A program made the position numbers and the translations under genes. Source: Eubacteriales bacterium (GTDB lineage: Bacteria; Bacillota; Clostridia; Oscillospirales; CAG-272). Taken from it: DNA of 64,000 bases. The stretch is from positions 1,386-65,385 of the forward strand of contig JAZORU010000024.1 in NCBI GenBank assembly GCA_045656765.1, in the 5' to 3' direction. The notes below the pieces were generated by a model, which had not been told where the DNA came from, searched no databases, and worked only from the letters and a program-made list of their open reading frames with translations. Within the stretch, counting starts at the first letter, position 1; every line of letters starts with the position of its first letter. Shown here in pieces: positions 15,656-25,284 of this stretch.

Positions 15656-18157
15656 CTATATCAAGCAAACGCCTATTATATTTATACCCGAGTTTTTAAG
15701 AAGCGTAACCGTATTATCAAAGCTTGAATGTCGGCTGACGCCCTTTCTCTCTATCAAAATAACTCCGTCAGAGTTTCTTGCCTTCTCAAAATCATCATAA
15801 TTATTGAGTATATTTGATAAAACGGAAAGTGTTATTCCGTTTTCCTTGATTGTTTGACTTTCTTCGAGTTCCTTTACAAACGCTGCCTTTGCGCGCGAAA
15901 TACAACAAGAATTTATTGAACTTACAACAACAATATTCTTACTGTCTTCAATACCTTCGCACACCGCAACACTACCATACTTATTAACGTTTGAACGATG
16001 CAGCGCCCTATCGAAAATTACCTTTACACCATACTCCTCATAGTCTGATTTTCTTGCGACAGCCGGTGACAGCAGTACCGCCAACAGCACAAGAAGCATA
16101 GAAAGAACGAAGCCTGCAGCAGCAAATACGATCATTTTCTTCTTGGGCGATGTTCCCGTTTTTGTTATTATATTATTTGTAGTTTCGTTGAGCGGATAAT
16201 TAACCTCTCCAAGCAAAACGACTTCTTTGATGTTATCTATTTTGGTCGAAAGATCAGAAACAAGGTATTCCTCGACAAGCTCTGTGATTCGCGCTGAGAC
16301 CTTCTCATCCTTTGTTACAATAACAAAATTAACAATAGTGGTGTTATTAAGCACGTTAACCTTTATAACGTCATTCAGCATCGAATACATAAGACGTTGA
16401 GTGTTCGGCATTTCCAATGCCGAAGTTATCTGTTGAGGAGTAAAATCAGCGCTGAGATGCTCCATGACGTACTGCTTTGCAAAATCAGCCTTTAGTGATT
16501 CTGCGACGTTATATACAGTTTCGTTTACTGTCTTGTCGTTATTTGATTGCTCTGTTACAATATGATATGAACGGGTAGCAACAAAGGAAAAGTTTGTGCT
16601 ATTGCTCTCGTCAGGCTCGCTCACAGTGCTCGGCGCGCCAGTACCATATCCGACCGCTCCAAAAAGAATCGTGATTATCAACACAAATATTGCATACTTT
16701 CTAACACCGTAAAGTATTTCTTTAAATCCAAATTTCTTAAACATAATATCACCCTTATAATTTTTGTTGTTCATTATCTCATACGAGAAAATTTTTGCCG
16801 CAAAAAAGGATATAGCAACTACAAGCCAAAACTTTATATTTACAAAGAACGTAAGCCACCCTGTAGCCTCGCCTCTGGGTATAATAAATAGCATAGTTAA
16901 AGACGTTAAAACGCAAACTCTGCTAAACCCGTTCTTTTTAAAGAGAGGAAGTAAAACGCCGATAAGAAGTGCCAGCAAAAAGCTGAACACAGCCACGCCA
17001 ACGTAGCCAAAATCAGCGTATGCTTCGAGTATAAAGGACGAGCCGCAGCCCTGTCCAGACAGATAGTTAGGCTCAATAATATACGCAAGGCTGTGTGCAA
17101 AGGAGTTTCCGTAAATAGCTCGCTCAACAGTATTTCCGATTCCTAATGAAGCCGTTCCGAAAAGCATCTGCGAAAGCGTCCCGTGAAGGAAAAAATCGAC
17201 AAAGCCTCCAAAAGTATATAGCTTAGGCACTTCAACGGGCAAAAGTGGGAAAGCATCATACGCAAGACAAAGCACGTCAAAGCTTACTCCCTGCTTATAA
17301 AGAAAATCAAGAACGATTGAGAAAAAACCGCCCTCTACTACTTCGGTCCCGACTCTTATATAGTTATAAGCTCCAAGAAGAGCCAAGGCAAGAGGGATGC
17401 CGATTATAAGTGCCGCCTTCTCAAATTTTCCTATCCAATATTTTGTTGCCGCAAAATAGTCTCTTATAATAAAATACAAGAGCGCAAACAGCACTGCCAA
17501 CACAATGTCGGCTCTTGAGCCGAACAGAAACAGCGGAACCTTAGAAACTACGTAACTGCCAAGAACAAGATAGGACAGGCTTTTCTTTGGCATCGCAGCT
17601 AAGTAAACGCACAAGAAAAACGGTAGAAATTCTCCTATAATCGAGAAAAACCAAGGAAGCGAGGAAACGTAGCCCGTAAAAACAGAGGTATATCCGTTTT
17701 TTATTGCATAGAGCATTTTTTCCACGTTTAACAAAATGGAAAACAAAAAACAAATGTAAAACCCAACGAATCCAACGATACGGAGACATCTGTTTTTGGG
17801 AAAGGTGTCTTGCTCTGTTTTATAAAACCGAGGGGTATGCTCGTCTTTATAGTAGTTCTTCTTTTCAAGAATTCTTTCAATAGCAAGATTTCCGAGATGC
17901 AAAAATAAAAGAGATAAATAGATTATAAAAAGTGCGAAATAGGTGCCCTTTTCTGAGTAGTACCACCATACGTTCCCTTTTAGCATACTGATAGTAGGCC
18001 TCGAGAGCAGGAATACCCAAAATGTAATATACAAAAACAACTGAATGCATCGTCTTCGGAGATTTGATATACAATATATGATTATTCCAACGTACAAACT
18101 CAAAACGCCGATTAAAATCGTATTGAAGTTTTTTGCGTAATTTCCAAATACAAACAA
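15656..18157 (-). CDS. Fusion protein: polytopic O-antigen/EPS polymerase-like domain + Wzz/CpsC-type chain-length determinant + degenerate CpsD-like (P-loop-less) domain
   Basis: 833-aa uninterrupted ORF. First ~471 aa have >10 TM segments. At 16744 an internal AAGGGTGA-tatt-ATG begins MFKKFGFKEILYGVRKYAIFVLIITILFGAVGYG (Wzz-like N-terminus), then a second TM and a C-terminal IVVVSSINSCCISRAKAAF...DGVILIERKG...NIIGVCLI region. Confidence 0.65.
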   Translation of the reverse strand: MFVFGNYAKNFNTILIGVLSLYVGIIIYCISNLRRRCIQLFLYITFWVFLLSRPTISMLKGNVWWYYSEKGTYFALFIIYLSLLFLHLGNLAIERILEKKNYYKDEHTPRFYKTEQDTFPKNRCLRIVGFVGFYICFLFSILLNVEKMLYAIKNGYTSVFTGYVSSLPWFFSIIGEFLPFFLCVYLAAMPKKSLSYLVLGSYVVSKVPLFLFGSRADIVLAVLFALLYFIIRDYFAATKYWIGKFEKAALIIGIPLALALLGAYNYIRVGTEVVEGGFFSIVLDFLYKQGVSFDVLCLAYDAFPLLPVEVPKLYTFGGFVDFFLHGTLSQMLFGTASLGIGNTVERAIYGNSFAHSLAYIIEPNYLSGQGCGSSFILEAYADFGYVGVAVFSFLLALLIGVLLPLFKKNGFSRVCVLTSLTMLFIIPRGEATGWLTFFVNIKFWLVVAISFFAAKIFSYEIMNNKNYKGDIMFKKFGFKEILYGVRKYAIFVLIITILFGAVGYGTGAPSTVSEPDESNSTNFSFVATRSYHIVTEQSNNDKTVNETVYNVAESLKADFAKQYVMEHLSADFTPQQITSALEMPNTQRLMYSMLNDVIKVNVLNNTTIVNFVIVTKDEKVSARITELVEEYLVSDLSTKIDNIKEVVLLGEVNYPLNETTNNIITKTGTSPKKKMIVFAAAGFVLSMLLVLLAVLLSPAVARKSDYEEYGVKVIFDRALHRSNVNKYGSVAVCEGIEDSKNIVVVSSINSCCISRAKAAFVKELEESQTIKENGITLSVLSNILNNYDDFEKARNSDGVILIERKGVSRHSSFDNTVTLLKNSGINIIGVCLI

Positions 18158-18281
18158 GAAGGAAGAAACAAGACAAAGACACCAAACAAAATAATTTGCT
18201 ATGTTTTCTTTTGTGTGTGATTTTATTCTATTTATATTCTTTCCTCCTCTCTGCGTTTTTTTAGTGTGACCTCAAATTAAA

Positions 18282-18962
18282 TTACAGCTCTTTGCTGTAT
18301 TTGTCGAAATCATAAAGAGTTTCATATTTTTCTCTCATGGTCGAATCATCCCAATTCCACCACATAGAAGCCTCTTTTGTCTGAAACAGCTTGATATTCT
18401 CTTCGCTTGTACGATATTTTATAATTTTTGCAGGGTTTCCGCCTACTATTGCATAATCGGGTACGTCCTTTACAACGACAGAACCGGCGGCAATAATAGC
18501 ACCGTTACCTATCTTTACTCCCCTTTTAACAATAGCTCCGAACCCTATCCAAACGTCGTTGCCTATAAGAGTCTGCTTGTCTGTATCAATAAGCCCGTTC
18601 GCCTTCATCTGCGACTCGTCAATGGGGAGCTTTTCGAGATACTGACGATTAAAAAGTATAGGGTGAGTTGTCACGTAATAAGGATTATGGTTTCCGGCAC
18701 CTATGTGAACTCCCGGAGCAATAGAACAGTATTTACCGATGCTGACCAAGGGCTCAAGCGTAATCCAATACTTACTTGAATTAAGGTAGCTGTAGTCACC
18801 CACCGTCACTCCGTCTCCCAAAATACAGCATTTGTTTATAATGCAGTGTTTGCCGATAGACAAATCTTTTCCAAGATGCTTTGACGATAACGAACTGCCT
18901 CTTTTTTTCAAAGCAAGCTTTATTCTGATATAATAAAGGTACGCTTTAATTTTACTTAGCAT
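18282..18962 (-). CDS. Hexapeptide-repeat O-acetyltransferase (CatB/Vat-like xenobiotic acetyltransferase family)
   Basis: 226 aa. IGNDVWIGFGAIVKRGVKIGNGAIIAAGSVVVKDVPDYAIVGGNPAKIIKYR. Confidence 0.8.
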   Translation of the reverse strand: MLSKIKAYLYYIRIKLALKKRGSSLSSKHLGKDLSIGKHCIINKCCILGDGVTVGDYSYLNSSKYWITLEPLVSIGKYCSIAPGVHIGAGNHNPYYVTTHPILFNRQYLEKLPIDESQMKANGLIDTDKQTLIGNDVWIGFGAIVKRGVKIGNGAIIAAGSVVVKDVPDYAIVGGNPAKIIKYRTSEENIKLFQTKEASMWWNWDDSTMREKYETLYDFDKYSKEL

Positions 18963-20493
18963 TCTTTTTTAATCCTTTGAGAAAATTTATTATATATCTT
19001 ATACTTGTCAAAAGAGAGCTTCTGTCAAAAATAAAACCGACAAGTAACACTGCCAAAAAAGCAACTGCCACTACTAAAACGGAATACAGAGCCCACACAA
19101 GATAATTCGACGCTACTATATCGGTTTTAAAGAAACCATAACCGAAAACGGCAATCAAAAGCGTAAATATTGCAATTCTTTTTATAGTTCTTGCAGCCGA
19201 CTGACAAAGAACCTTATTGTTGCTATATATAACAACGTCAAACATTCTGTAAAGATACGCAAGGATAGTGCCAACAAGCACACCGGCTACGCCGAACCTC
19301 CAAACAAGGCAAAACTCACCGACAAGGCAGATTGCCATTTCTATCAATGCTCTGTTTTTAGTTTCGTCATAATGTCCCTTTGCGTTTATCATGGTAGCAC
19401 CGGGAGTACGCATGCAGTTGATTATACCCATAAGAGTGAAAAGAATGATCAGCTCACTTCTGATATACTCTGCGTCCGTAATACCGCTTGTGTAAAGGTA
19501 AAGGAAAGGCTTTATCATAACGAGAGTTGTGATAAATATGGTAAAGGTAAACATATAATAGAGCAATTCATATATGTTATAAATGCTCTTTACCTTTTCG
19601 TTATCCTCGCCTGCTATAAGATTTCCCATACCGGACAGCATAGCTGAGGAAACGGTTGAAAGCACCATACCTATTCCTGAAAATACAAGATTATATACAG
19701 AATAAACGCTTGCTTCAGCAAGTCCGCAGAAATTTGCAATAAAGAGGGTCTGGCTTCCAAAAATTATAAGGCTGGCAACCTGATGAATGGTTGCGGCTTT
19801 TCTTTTTGAGGTTGCACTGTAATCAGGCGCTTCACTTCTGTTCAGATATTTGTACTTGCGTTTTATATAAAAGGTAAGCACAAACGTTCTTAGCACATAG
19901 GTCATTACTGTTGCCGTTTGAACAAAAATGATATTAAAGCCAAGCTTTATTAAAATAATTGTGATTGACGTACTTATAACCGCACCAAATATCTGAGCAA
20001 GATTTACTACGTACAGTTTTTGGTCGGCAATAAGTAAGGAACGATACTTCCCAATTAAGAAGAACTCGGAAATACCGGATATAGATAGCACAAGTACGAT
20101 TGCAAAAACGAAGAAATAATCAAGCTCTTCCTTTAAAAAGAACGGGTAGATTATTGCAACGAGCATTGAACATAACGTAAAGAGCAGACCGGCTCGGTTA
20201 AACGTCTTGCCAACGGCGTTGTATATCGCACTTGTTTTTTTGTTATCGCCTTCGCCGAGAGGCTTGTAAAAAGATACGACGGTTGATTCGGAAATCCCTG
20301 CACCCACAAGCTGAATATAGCTTAGAATCTGTTTTATCGTGGAAATAAGTCCGTTGATAGCTGAACCGAAATACCCTATTATAAGCGGCGGTACTATAAT
20401 GTTTACAACCGTATTTATAATCTGATATGCGAAATTAAAAATTATATTTTTAATCGCATAGACGGTTCTGGATTTTTCTTGTTTATTCTGCAT
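18952..20493 (-). CDS. Wzx-type polysaccharide flippase (MOP superfamily)
   Basis: 513 aa, ~14 TM segments. Position in a glycan cluster. Overlaps both neighbours by 11 nt. Confidence 0.75.
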   Translation of the reverse strand: MQNKQEKSRTVYAIKNIIFNFAYQIINTVVNIIVPPLIIGYFGSAINGLISTIKQILSYIQLVGAGISESTVVSFYKPLGEGDNKKTSAIYNAVGKTFNRAGLLFTLCSMLVAIIYPFFLKEELDYFFVFAIVLVLSISGISEFFLIGKYRSLLIADQKLYVVNLAQIFGAVISTSITIILIKLGFNIIFVQTATVMTYVLRTFVLTFYIKRKYKYLNRSEAPDYSATSKRKAATIHQVASLIIFGSQTLFIANFCGLAEASVYSVYNLVFSGIGMVLSTVSSAMLSGMGNLIAGEDNEKVKSIYNIYELLYYMFTFTIFITTLVMIKPFLYLYTSGITDAEYIRSELIILFTLMGIINCMRTPGATMINAKGHYDETKNRALIEMAICLVGEFCLVWRFGVAGVLVGTILAYLYRMFDVVIYSNNKVLCQSAARTIKRIAIFTLLIAVFGYGFFKTDIVASNYLVWALYSVLVVAVAFLAVLLVGFIFDRSSLLTSIRYIINFLKGLKKNAK

Positions 20494-21388
20494 TATTGTT
20501 ACCGATTTTTCTTATTATTTGGGTTAGCTGTCTCAAAATATACGAAAAACGAAGGAGGAATACGCTTGTTTTCAGCTCTTTAGCTATTTCCTTGATGCTT
20601 CTGTCTGCTTTACATGACACATAATAATAAGAATAATATCCAAGCTTTTGCTTTATTGTGATGCTTTTGTTCTCAACGCACTCACGTATAAAAAGCGAAT
20701 ATCCTTTAGGATTTTTTCTTATAAGCTTGTCTCGATTGTCCGTAAGCCCGTTGTCCAAATAATCGCATATATAGGCGATATCATTAAACCATCGTATATA
20801 ATATCCTTTATACGAAAGCCTGTTCCACACAACCGCTTCCGTCATAAAGTTTTCTCCTTCAATTTCGGGAAATTTGTTTTCTTTTAAAACGTCAGTGTAA
20901 AAAACCTCAAATTTGTCACCGTTAATGTTGTATTTCGGACGCTCCGTAGTTTTTGCATCTACCCATTCGCCAGAAAACGAGGTGCCGACTGCTTCGGTTT
21001 CACTGAAGCTTTTTAAAAGAGCAACTCCTGCAAACTTTTTCTCTTCGCCGTCAATTTCAGAGAAACGTGCTTTAATAGTTTCTATCGCATTCGGAAGCAG
21101 ATAGTCATCCGAATCCACAATAGCAAATACTTCTCCTTCGGCTATATCAAGCCCGCGGTTTATAGCGCGATGCTTCCCGCCGTTTTCGACTTTTTTATAT
21201 ATAATACTGAAGCGGTCCTCTTTTATTGAAGCAATCATATCGTCCGTTCCGTCAGTTGAGCCGTCATCTATAATAACCCATTCAAAATCCTTGCTGGTTT
21301 GTTCAACAAGAGACTCATACAAACGATACAAAAGCTCTTTTCTGTTATAAGCAGGAGTAAAAACTGTACAAAAAACCTTGTTATTCAT
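20483..21388 (-). CDS. Family 2 glycosyltransferase
   Basis: VFTPAYNRKELLYRLYESLVEQT...WVIIDDGSTDGT...IVDSDDYL (DxD). Start at ATG 21388 (MNNKVF). Confidence 0.85.
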   Translation of the reverse strand: MNNKVFCTVFTPAYNRKELLYRLYESLVEQTSKDFEWVIIDDGSTDGTDDMIASIKEDRFSIIYKKVENGGKHRAINRGLDIAEGEVFAIVDSDDYLLPNAIETIKARFSEIDGEEKKFAGVALLKSFSETEAVGTSFSGEWVDAKTTERPKYNINGDKFEVFYTDVLKENKFPEIEGENFMTEAVVWNRLSYKGYYIRWFNDIAYICDYLDNGLTDNRDKLIRKNPKGYSLFIRECVENKSITIKQKLGYYSYYYVSCKADRSIKEIAKELKTSVFLLRFSYILRQLTQIIRKIGNNNAE

Positions 21389-21408
21389 TTTGTTCCCCGA
21401 TAACCCGA

Positions 21409-22491
21409 TTATTTTATGAGCTCGCAAATAAGCTGCTCCCATGACTTTAGCACGCTGGCTTTAGAGTAGTGAGAAATGTTGTTTCTTGCGTTTTTGGAAT
21501 ACTCGATCCTTTTTTCCTGAGAATCTATAAGAGACGAGATGCTCTCTGCCATTTTTACTATATCATAGCAAGGCACTATTGTGCCGTTTTTGCCGTTTTG
21601 TACTATCTCCGAAGGTCCGGTGGGACAATCGAAGCTGATAATAGGAAGATTTTCGTTTTGTGCCTCAAGCAGTACAAGCGGCAACCCCTCGTAATAAGAG
21701 GTCATAACCAAAAACGCATAATTTTGATAAAGCTGAGATATGTTGCTCACGTTTCCCTTTAAAGTGACAAAATCCGAAAGTCCAAGTTGTTCAATATCGT
21801 TTTGTAATTTTTCCTGATACGTCCCCTCGCCGTAAATATCCCAGTGCCAGTCACCATGCTTTTCCTTTACAATCGCCGCAACGCGAAGAAGCATATCATA
21901 CCCCTTGACAAATTCAAGCCTGCCTACACTTATGATAAGCTTTGAATCTTTGTTATATTCCGCCTTAGGTGCGTCAATAGGGTCTATCCAATTCGGTATT
22001 GCCCCGACTTTTTGAGGCTTTGTTTTAAACATAGATATAAAATTATCTCTGTCTCGCTCCGTGAGAGTAATAATTTTATCAGAAAATTTTGTTCCTAAGC
22101 GTTGTCTTAGCTGGTGCTTTTTTCCGTATGTTTTATTTTCAAGATTTGAATGCTCGCAGTATACGACCTTTGTTTTTGTTCCTGCAGCACCCGCTACCGC
22201 TACGGTTACAACTCCGGCTGTTATTGAAAAAAGAATGTCTATATCCTTTTCTTTCAAATACTTTTTCAGTCTGTTCTTGTATTTCCAAAATCTTTTGGTA
22301 ATACTTTTTGTTTCTTTGTCAAGAAAATGAGTAACATATCCGTCAGGCGCGGTATACTCTCTCGAAGAGAAAATGCTTATTAAATGAACATTGTGTTTTT
22401 TCGACATTTCATCCGCAATATTGAGTGCCACCTTTTCAGCACCGCCAGTCAGTGAAATATCATATACAAGAAAAGCAACGTTAAGCTTCAT
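21409..22491 (-). CDS. Family 4 (GT-B) glycosyltransferase
   Basis: 360 aa. C-terminal YEGLPLVLLEAQNENLPIISFDCPTGPSEIV motif (E-x7-E). Confidence 0.85.
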   Translation of the reverse strand: MKLNVAFLVYDISLTGGAEKVALNIADEMSKKHNVHLISIFSSREYTAPDGYVTHFLDKETKSITKRFWKYKNRLKKYLKEKDIDILFSITAGVVTVAVAGAAGTKTKVVYCEHSNLENKTYGKKHQLRQRLGTKFSDKIITLTERDRDNFISMFKTKPQKVGAIPNWIDPIDAPKAEYNKDSKLIISVGRLEFVKGYDMLLRVAAIVKEKHGDWHWDIYGEGTYQEKLQNDIEQLGLSDFVTLKGNVSNISQLYQNYAFLVMTSYYEGLPLVLLEAQNENLPIISFDCPTGPSEIVQNGKNGTIVPCYDIVKMAESISSLIDSQEKRIEYSKNARNNISHYSKASVLKSWEQLICELIK

Positions 22492-22496
22492 AAAAA

Positions 22497-23720
22497 TTAC
22501 GGTTGCATTTTGCTGATTGCAGCAAATATCCTTTCGTTATTTTTGTCATCGAAAATCGGATAAAACTTGCTGTGAGCATTTACAAACTCATCAGACACCT
22601 CAAAGTTATTGTTGTATGATTCACAAAGCAATCGAATAACATCGTCAAGTGTTTCGGCGACAGTTCCAAGCCCTGATTCTCTATAGCTGAAATAGCCCTC
22701 TTCGTATTGAGCCTCTCTAAAGCGCTTTTCATCAAACTGATAGTAAATAACCGGCTTTTTCATATATGCAAAGTCCAGAGCAACACTTGAATAATCTGTT
22801 ATCATAAGTGCAGACTTTGTAAGAAGCTCTCTTATTTGCGAATTTTTGTTCGAAACAATATGAATTTTATCTGATGAAGTGCTAAAATGCCCAATATATT
22901 TTTGCATATTTCTGTGAGGATAAAAATAAAGCTGCAAATCATTTTCTTCCAAGAACGCCTTAAGCTTTGGGCTGTTTATCAACTCTTGGTACTTTTGATA
23001 ATATTCGGTCTTAGTAAAGTCACCGGTATCCTCGTATTTATTTGAATACTCGGTCTTTGTAGCTATCCACTCTCTCCAGCTGGGCATCAGCAGAATCTGC
23101 TTTTTGTCAGCACTACAACTGTGATACTCATCAAATCTGCAAAATCCAAGATATTCTACGTTTTGCTCCGGATATCCGAAATGCTCTCTGATAAAATCAT
23201 ATTCCGGCTTTGCTCCGCAAACAAAGAGACGCATTTTTGTGTTTTCGTAAAAGAGCCATTTGCCCTTGTTTATAGTAATTCCGTGCTGAAGAAAAACCGT
23301 CTTGCTTTTTATTATTCCATAAACCTCAAGCACATAGCATATAGCCGCACTCGGTCTGCCGTTTTTCTGGCTTGTTATAACGTGCTTTGAACAGAAATAC
23401 AGTATCCAATGCTTAATGCTGCCGAATCTGACAGTACGTCCTGTCGCCTTAACCTTGCTATAATCGGATGATTTCTTGGAAATCGCATAATAACTCTTTA
23501 TTTCCGGGTGTTCTTTTGAAAGATATTCAAAAAAGCAAAATCCGTTATCGCGCGCCTCAGCTCTATCCTCTGATACAAGCCATATTTCCTCTTTGGTAAA
23601 CAAAAGAACAATCTTGTACACCAAAACGCAGGGCAGGGATATAATAAAAAGAAATATCTGTCCTATGTCATTTGCTTTGACATAATGAAGCTCATGCGCT
23701 ATTTTCTTCAGAAATGCCAT
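22497..23720 (-). CDS. CDP-glycerol/ribitol glycerophosphotransferase (TagB/TagF family)
   Basis: 407 aa. ALMITDYSSVALDFAYMKKPVIYYQFDEKRF characteristic of the TagF family. Confidence 0.8.
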   Translation of the reverse strand: MAFLKKIAHELHYVKANDIGQIFLFIISLPCVLVYKIVLLFTKEEIWLVSEDRAEARDNGFCFFEYLSKEHPEIKSYYAISKKSSDYSKVKATGRTVRFGSIKHWILYFCSKHVITSQKNGRPSAAICYVLEVYGIIKSKTVFLQHGITINKGKWLFYENTKMRLFVCGAKPEYDFIREHFGYPEQNVEYLGFCRFDEYHSCSADKKQILLMPSWREWIATKTEYSNKYEDTGDFTKTEYYQKYQELINSPKLKAFLEENDLQLYFYPHRNMQKYIGHFSTSSDKIHIVSNKNSQIRELLTKSALMITDYSSVALDFAYMKKPVIYYQFDEKRFREAQYEEGYFSYRESGLGTVAETLDDVIRLLCESYNNNFEVSDEFVNAHSKFYPIFDDKNNERIFAAISKMQP

Positions 23721-23975
23721 AAATCCCCATCTCCTTTGTAAAAACCATAAAAACTCTTAACAAATGCTTTTTTGAAGATTGCACAATAAAACTATTGTAA
23801 TGTATATTTTATATCATAATATCACATTTTTACTTATATTTCAATATAATTTGCTCAATTTGTTTTAATCCATGCAGTATCTTGTATATGCTGTATTTTC
23901 CCTTTTGCATCTGCGATATAAAAACAAACTGTCGGGTAATACTATTAAAAATAACAAAACACCCGTGAGGTACAA

Positions 23976-24416
23976 ATGAAAATTAAAAAACTGTTTTTGC
24001 CCGTGCTTTTGACACTCTGTTTTTTAATCGGCTCGCTTGATACGAGAGCTATCGGCGCGCCGGGAAGCGAGGAGTTTCGGGAAGAGCGCGCTATTATTGC
24101 CCGAACGCTTGAAAAAACTGCACCCGATGCGTCATACGTCGCGCGGCTTGCCATTGCCGCGGTAATTGTAAACAGAGTGAGCAGCCCGCGTTTTGCGTCC
24201 GACGTGCGCTCGGTGATATACGAGTATGATGCCTTCTCCTGCACAAGCCTGCCCGATTTTGAGACCTGCGAGGTATCCTATCTTTCGGATATTGCCGCAA
24301 GAGACGCTTTGCTCGGCTTTGACGTAAGCTGCGGTGCTCTTTATTTCAAGCGCGGAATGCCCGCCGAGAGCGACGGCGCGTGCTTTTACCACTCGGGGTG
24401 GTTGTTTTATAGGTAG
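23976..24416 (+). CDS. Secreted cell wall hydrolase, SleB-type (Hydrolase_2) domain
   Basis: 146 aa, signal peptide. ARLAIAAVIVNRVSSPRFASDVRSVIYEYDAFSC... motif. Confidence 0.75.
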   Translation: MKIKKLFLPVLLTLCFLIGSLDTRAIGAPGSEEFREERAIIARTLEKTAPDASYVARLAIAAVIVNRVSSPRFASDVRSVIYEYDAFSCTSLPDFETCEVSYLSDIAARDALLGFDVSCGALYFKRGMPAESDGACFYHSGWLFYR

Positions 24417-24488
24417 CAAAAGCTCACTATGTTAAATAAAAAGCCGATACGGACATTTACGCATCGGCTTTTATTTTTCTCAATCAAA

Positions 24489-25244
24489 TTAGCGTTTTTT
24501 TATTTTTTCAAACATCATTGGTATTCCCAGCTCCGAGAGGCGTTTGCATGCTTCTTTTATTCTCTCGGGAAGGTATTCATCTGCATTGTGGCAGTCGAAT
24601 CCGACGCTTATCTTAACCCCCGATTCGCGTATAAGCTCCTGCTGATGTTCGCTTTCAAAAAACCGTTTAACGTATTTGTGCTCTACGTAATTATGTATGC
24701 TATCGTAATTTACGTTCAGCTCCCAGAATATATCAAGCTCTGCCATACGTTTAAGATATTGAAGCGGCTCTTCCTTTATTTCCTCAATAAATGCAAAAAT
24801 GTCAGTATGAGCAACACCGAGAGGACATCCCACGCGCTTCGCAAATCCGAGAAGGTCTCCCGATATTACCGAGGTTGAAATCGGATAAATATGCTCTACC
24901 AAGGCGTAATCAAAATAGGAAACGCAAACCTCGTCGGGCAACAGTGTCCTCGGACGCGGACGCCCTGTTGCTATTTCTATTCCGCGAAGGATATTTATCC
25001 TGTCAGCATATTTTTCCTTCAAGCGCGTAATATGAGCGTAGTAGTCGGACAATCTGCTTTTATATTCCTCAACAGATATCTCCGAGTCGCCGTCAAAGAT
25101 CTCGCCTCTGACACCAACCCCGTAATTATGGTCGCTTATTCCAAGCATCTCTACTCCGCCGTCAATCGCCTTTTCGATCAATACCTCGGGCTCGTCTTTT
25201 CCGCAATATGAATAGTACGTATGAGAATGAAGGTCCTGTATCAT
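24489..25244 (-). CDS. PHP-domain metal-dependent phosphoesterase (histidinol-phosphatase family)
   Basis: MIQDLHSHTYYSYCGKDEPE...GISDHNYG N-terminal PHP motifs. Confidence 0.75.
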   Translation of the reverse strand: MIQDLHSHTYYSYCGKDEPEVLIEKAIDGGVEMLGISDHNYGVGVRGEIFDGDSEISVEEYKSRLSDYYAHITRLKEKYADRINILRGIEIATGRPRPRTLLPDEVCVSYFDYALVEHIYPISTSVISGDLLGFAKRVGCPLGVAHTDIFAFIEEIKEEPLQYLKRMAELDIFWELNVNYDSIHNYVEHKYVKRFFESEHQQELIRESGVKISVGFDCHNADEYLPERIKEACKRLSELGIPMMFEKIKKR

Positions 25245-25284
25245 AAAAACTCCTCAGTTTATTTGAATGCTTATAATCTGTTTT

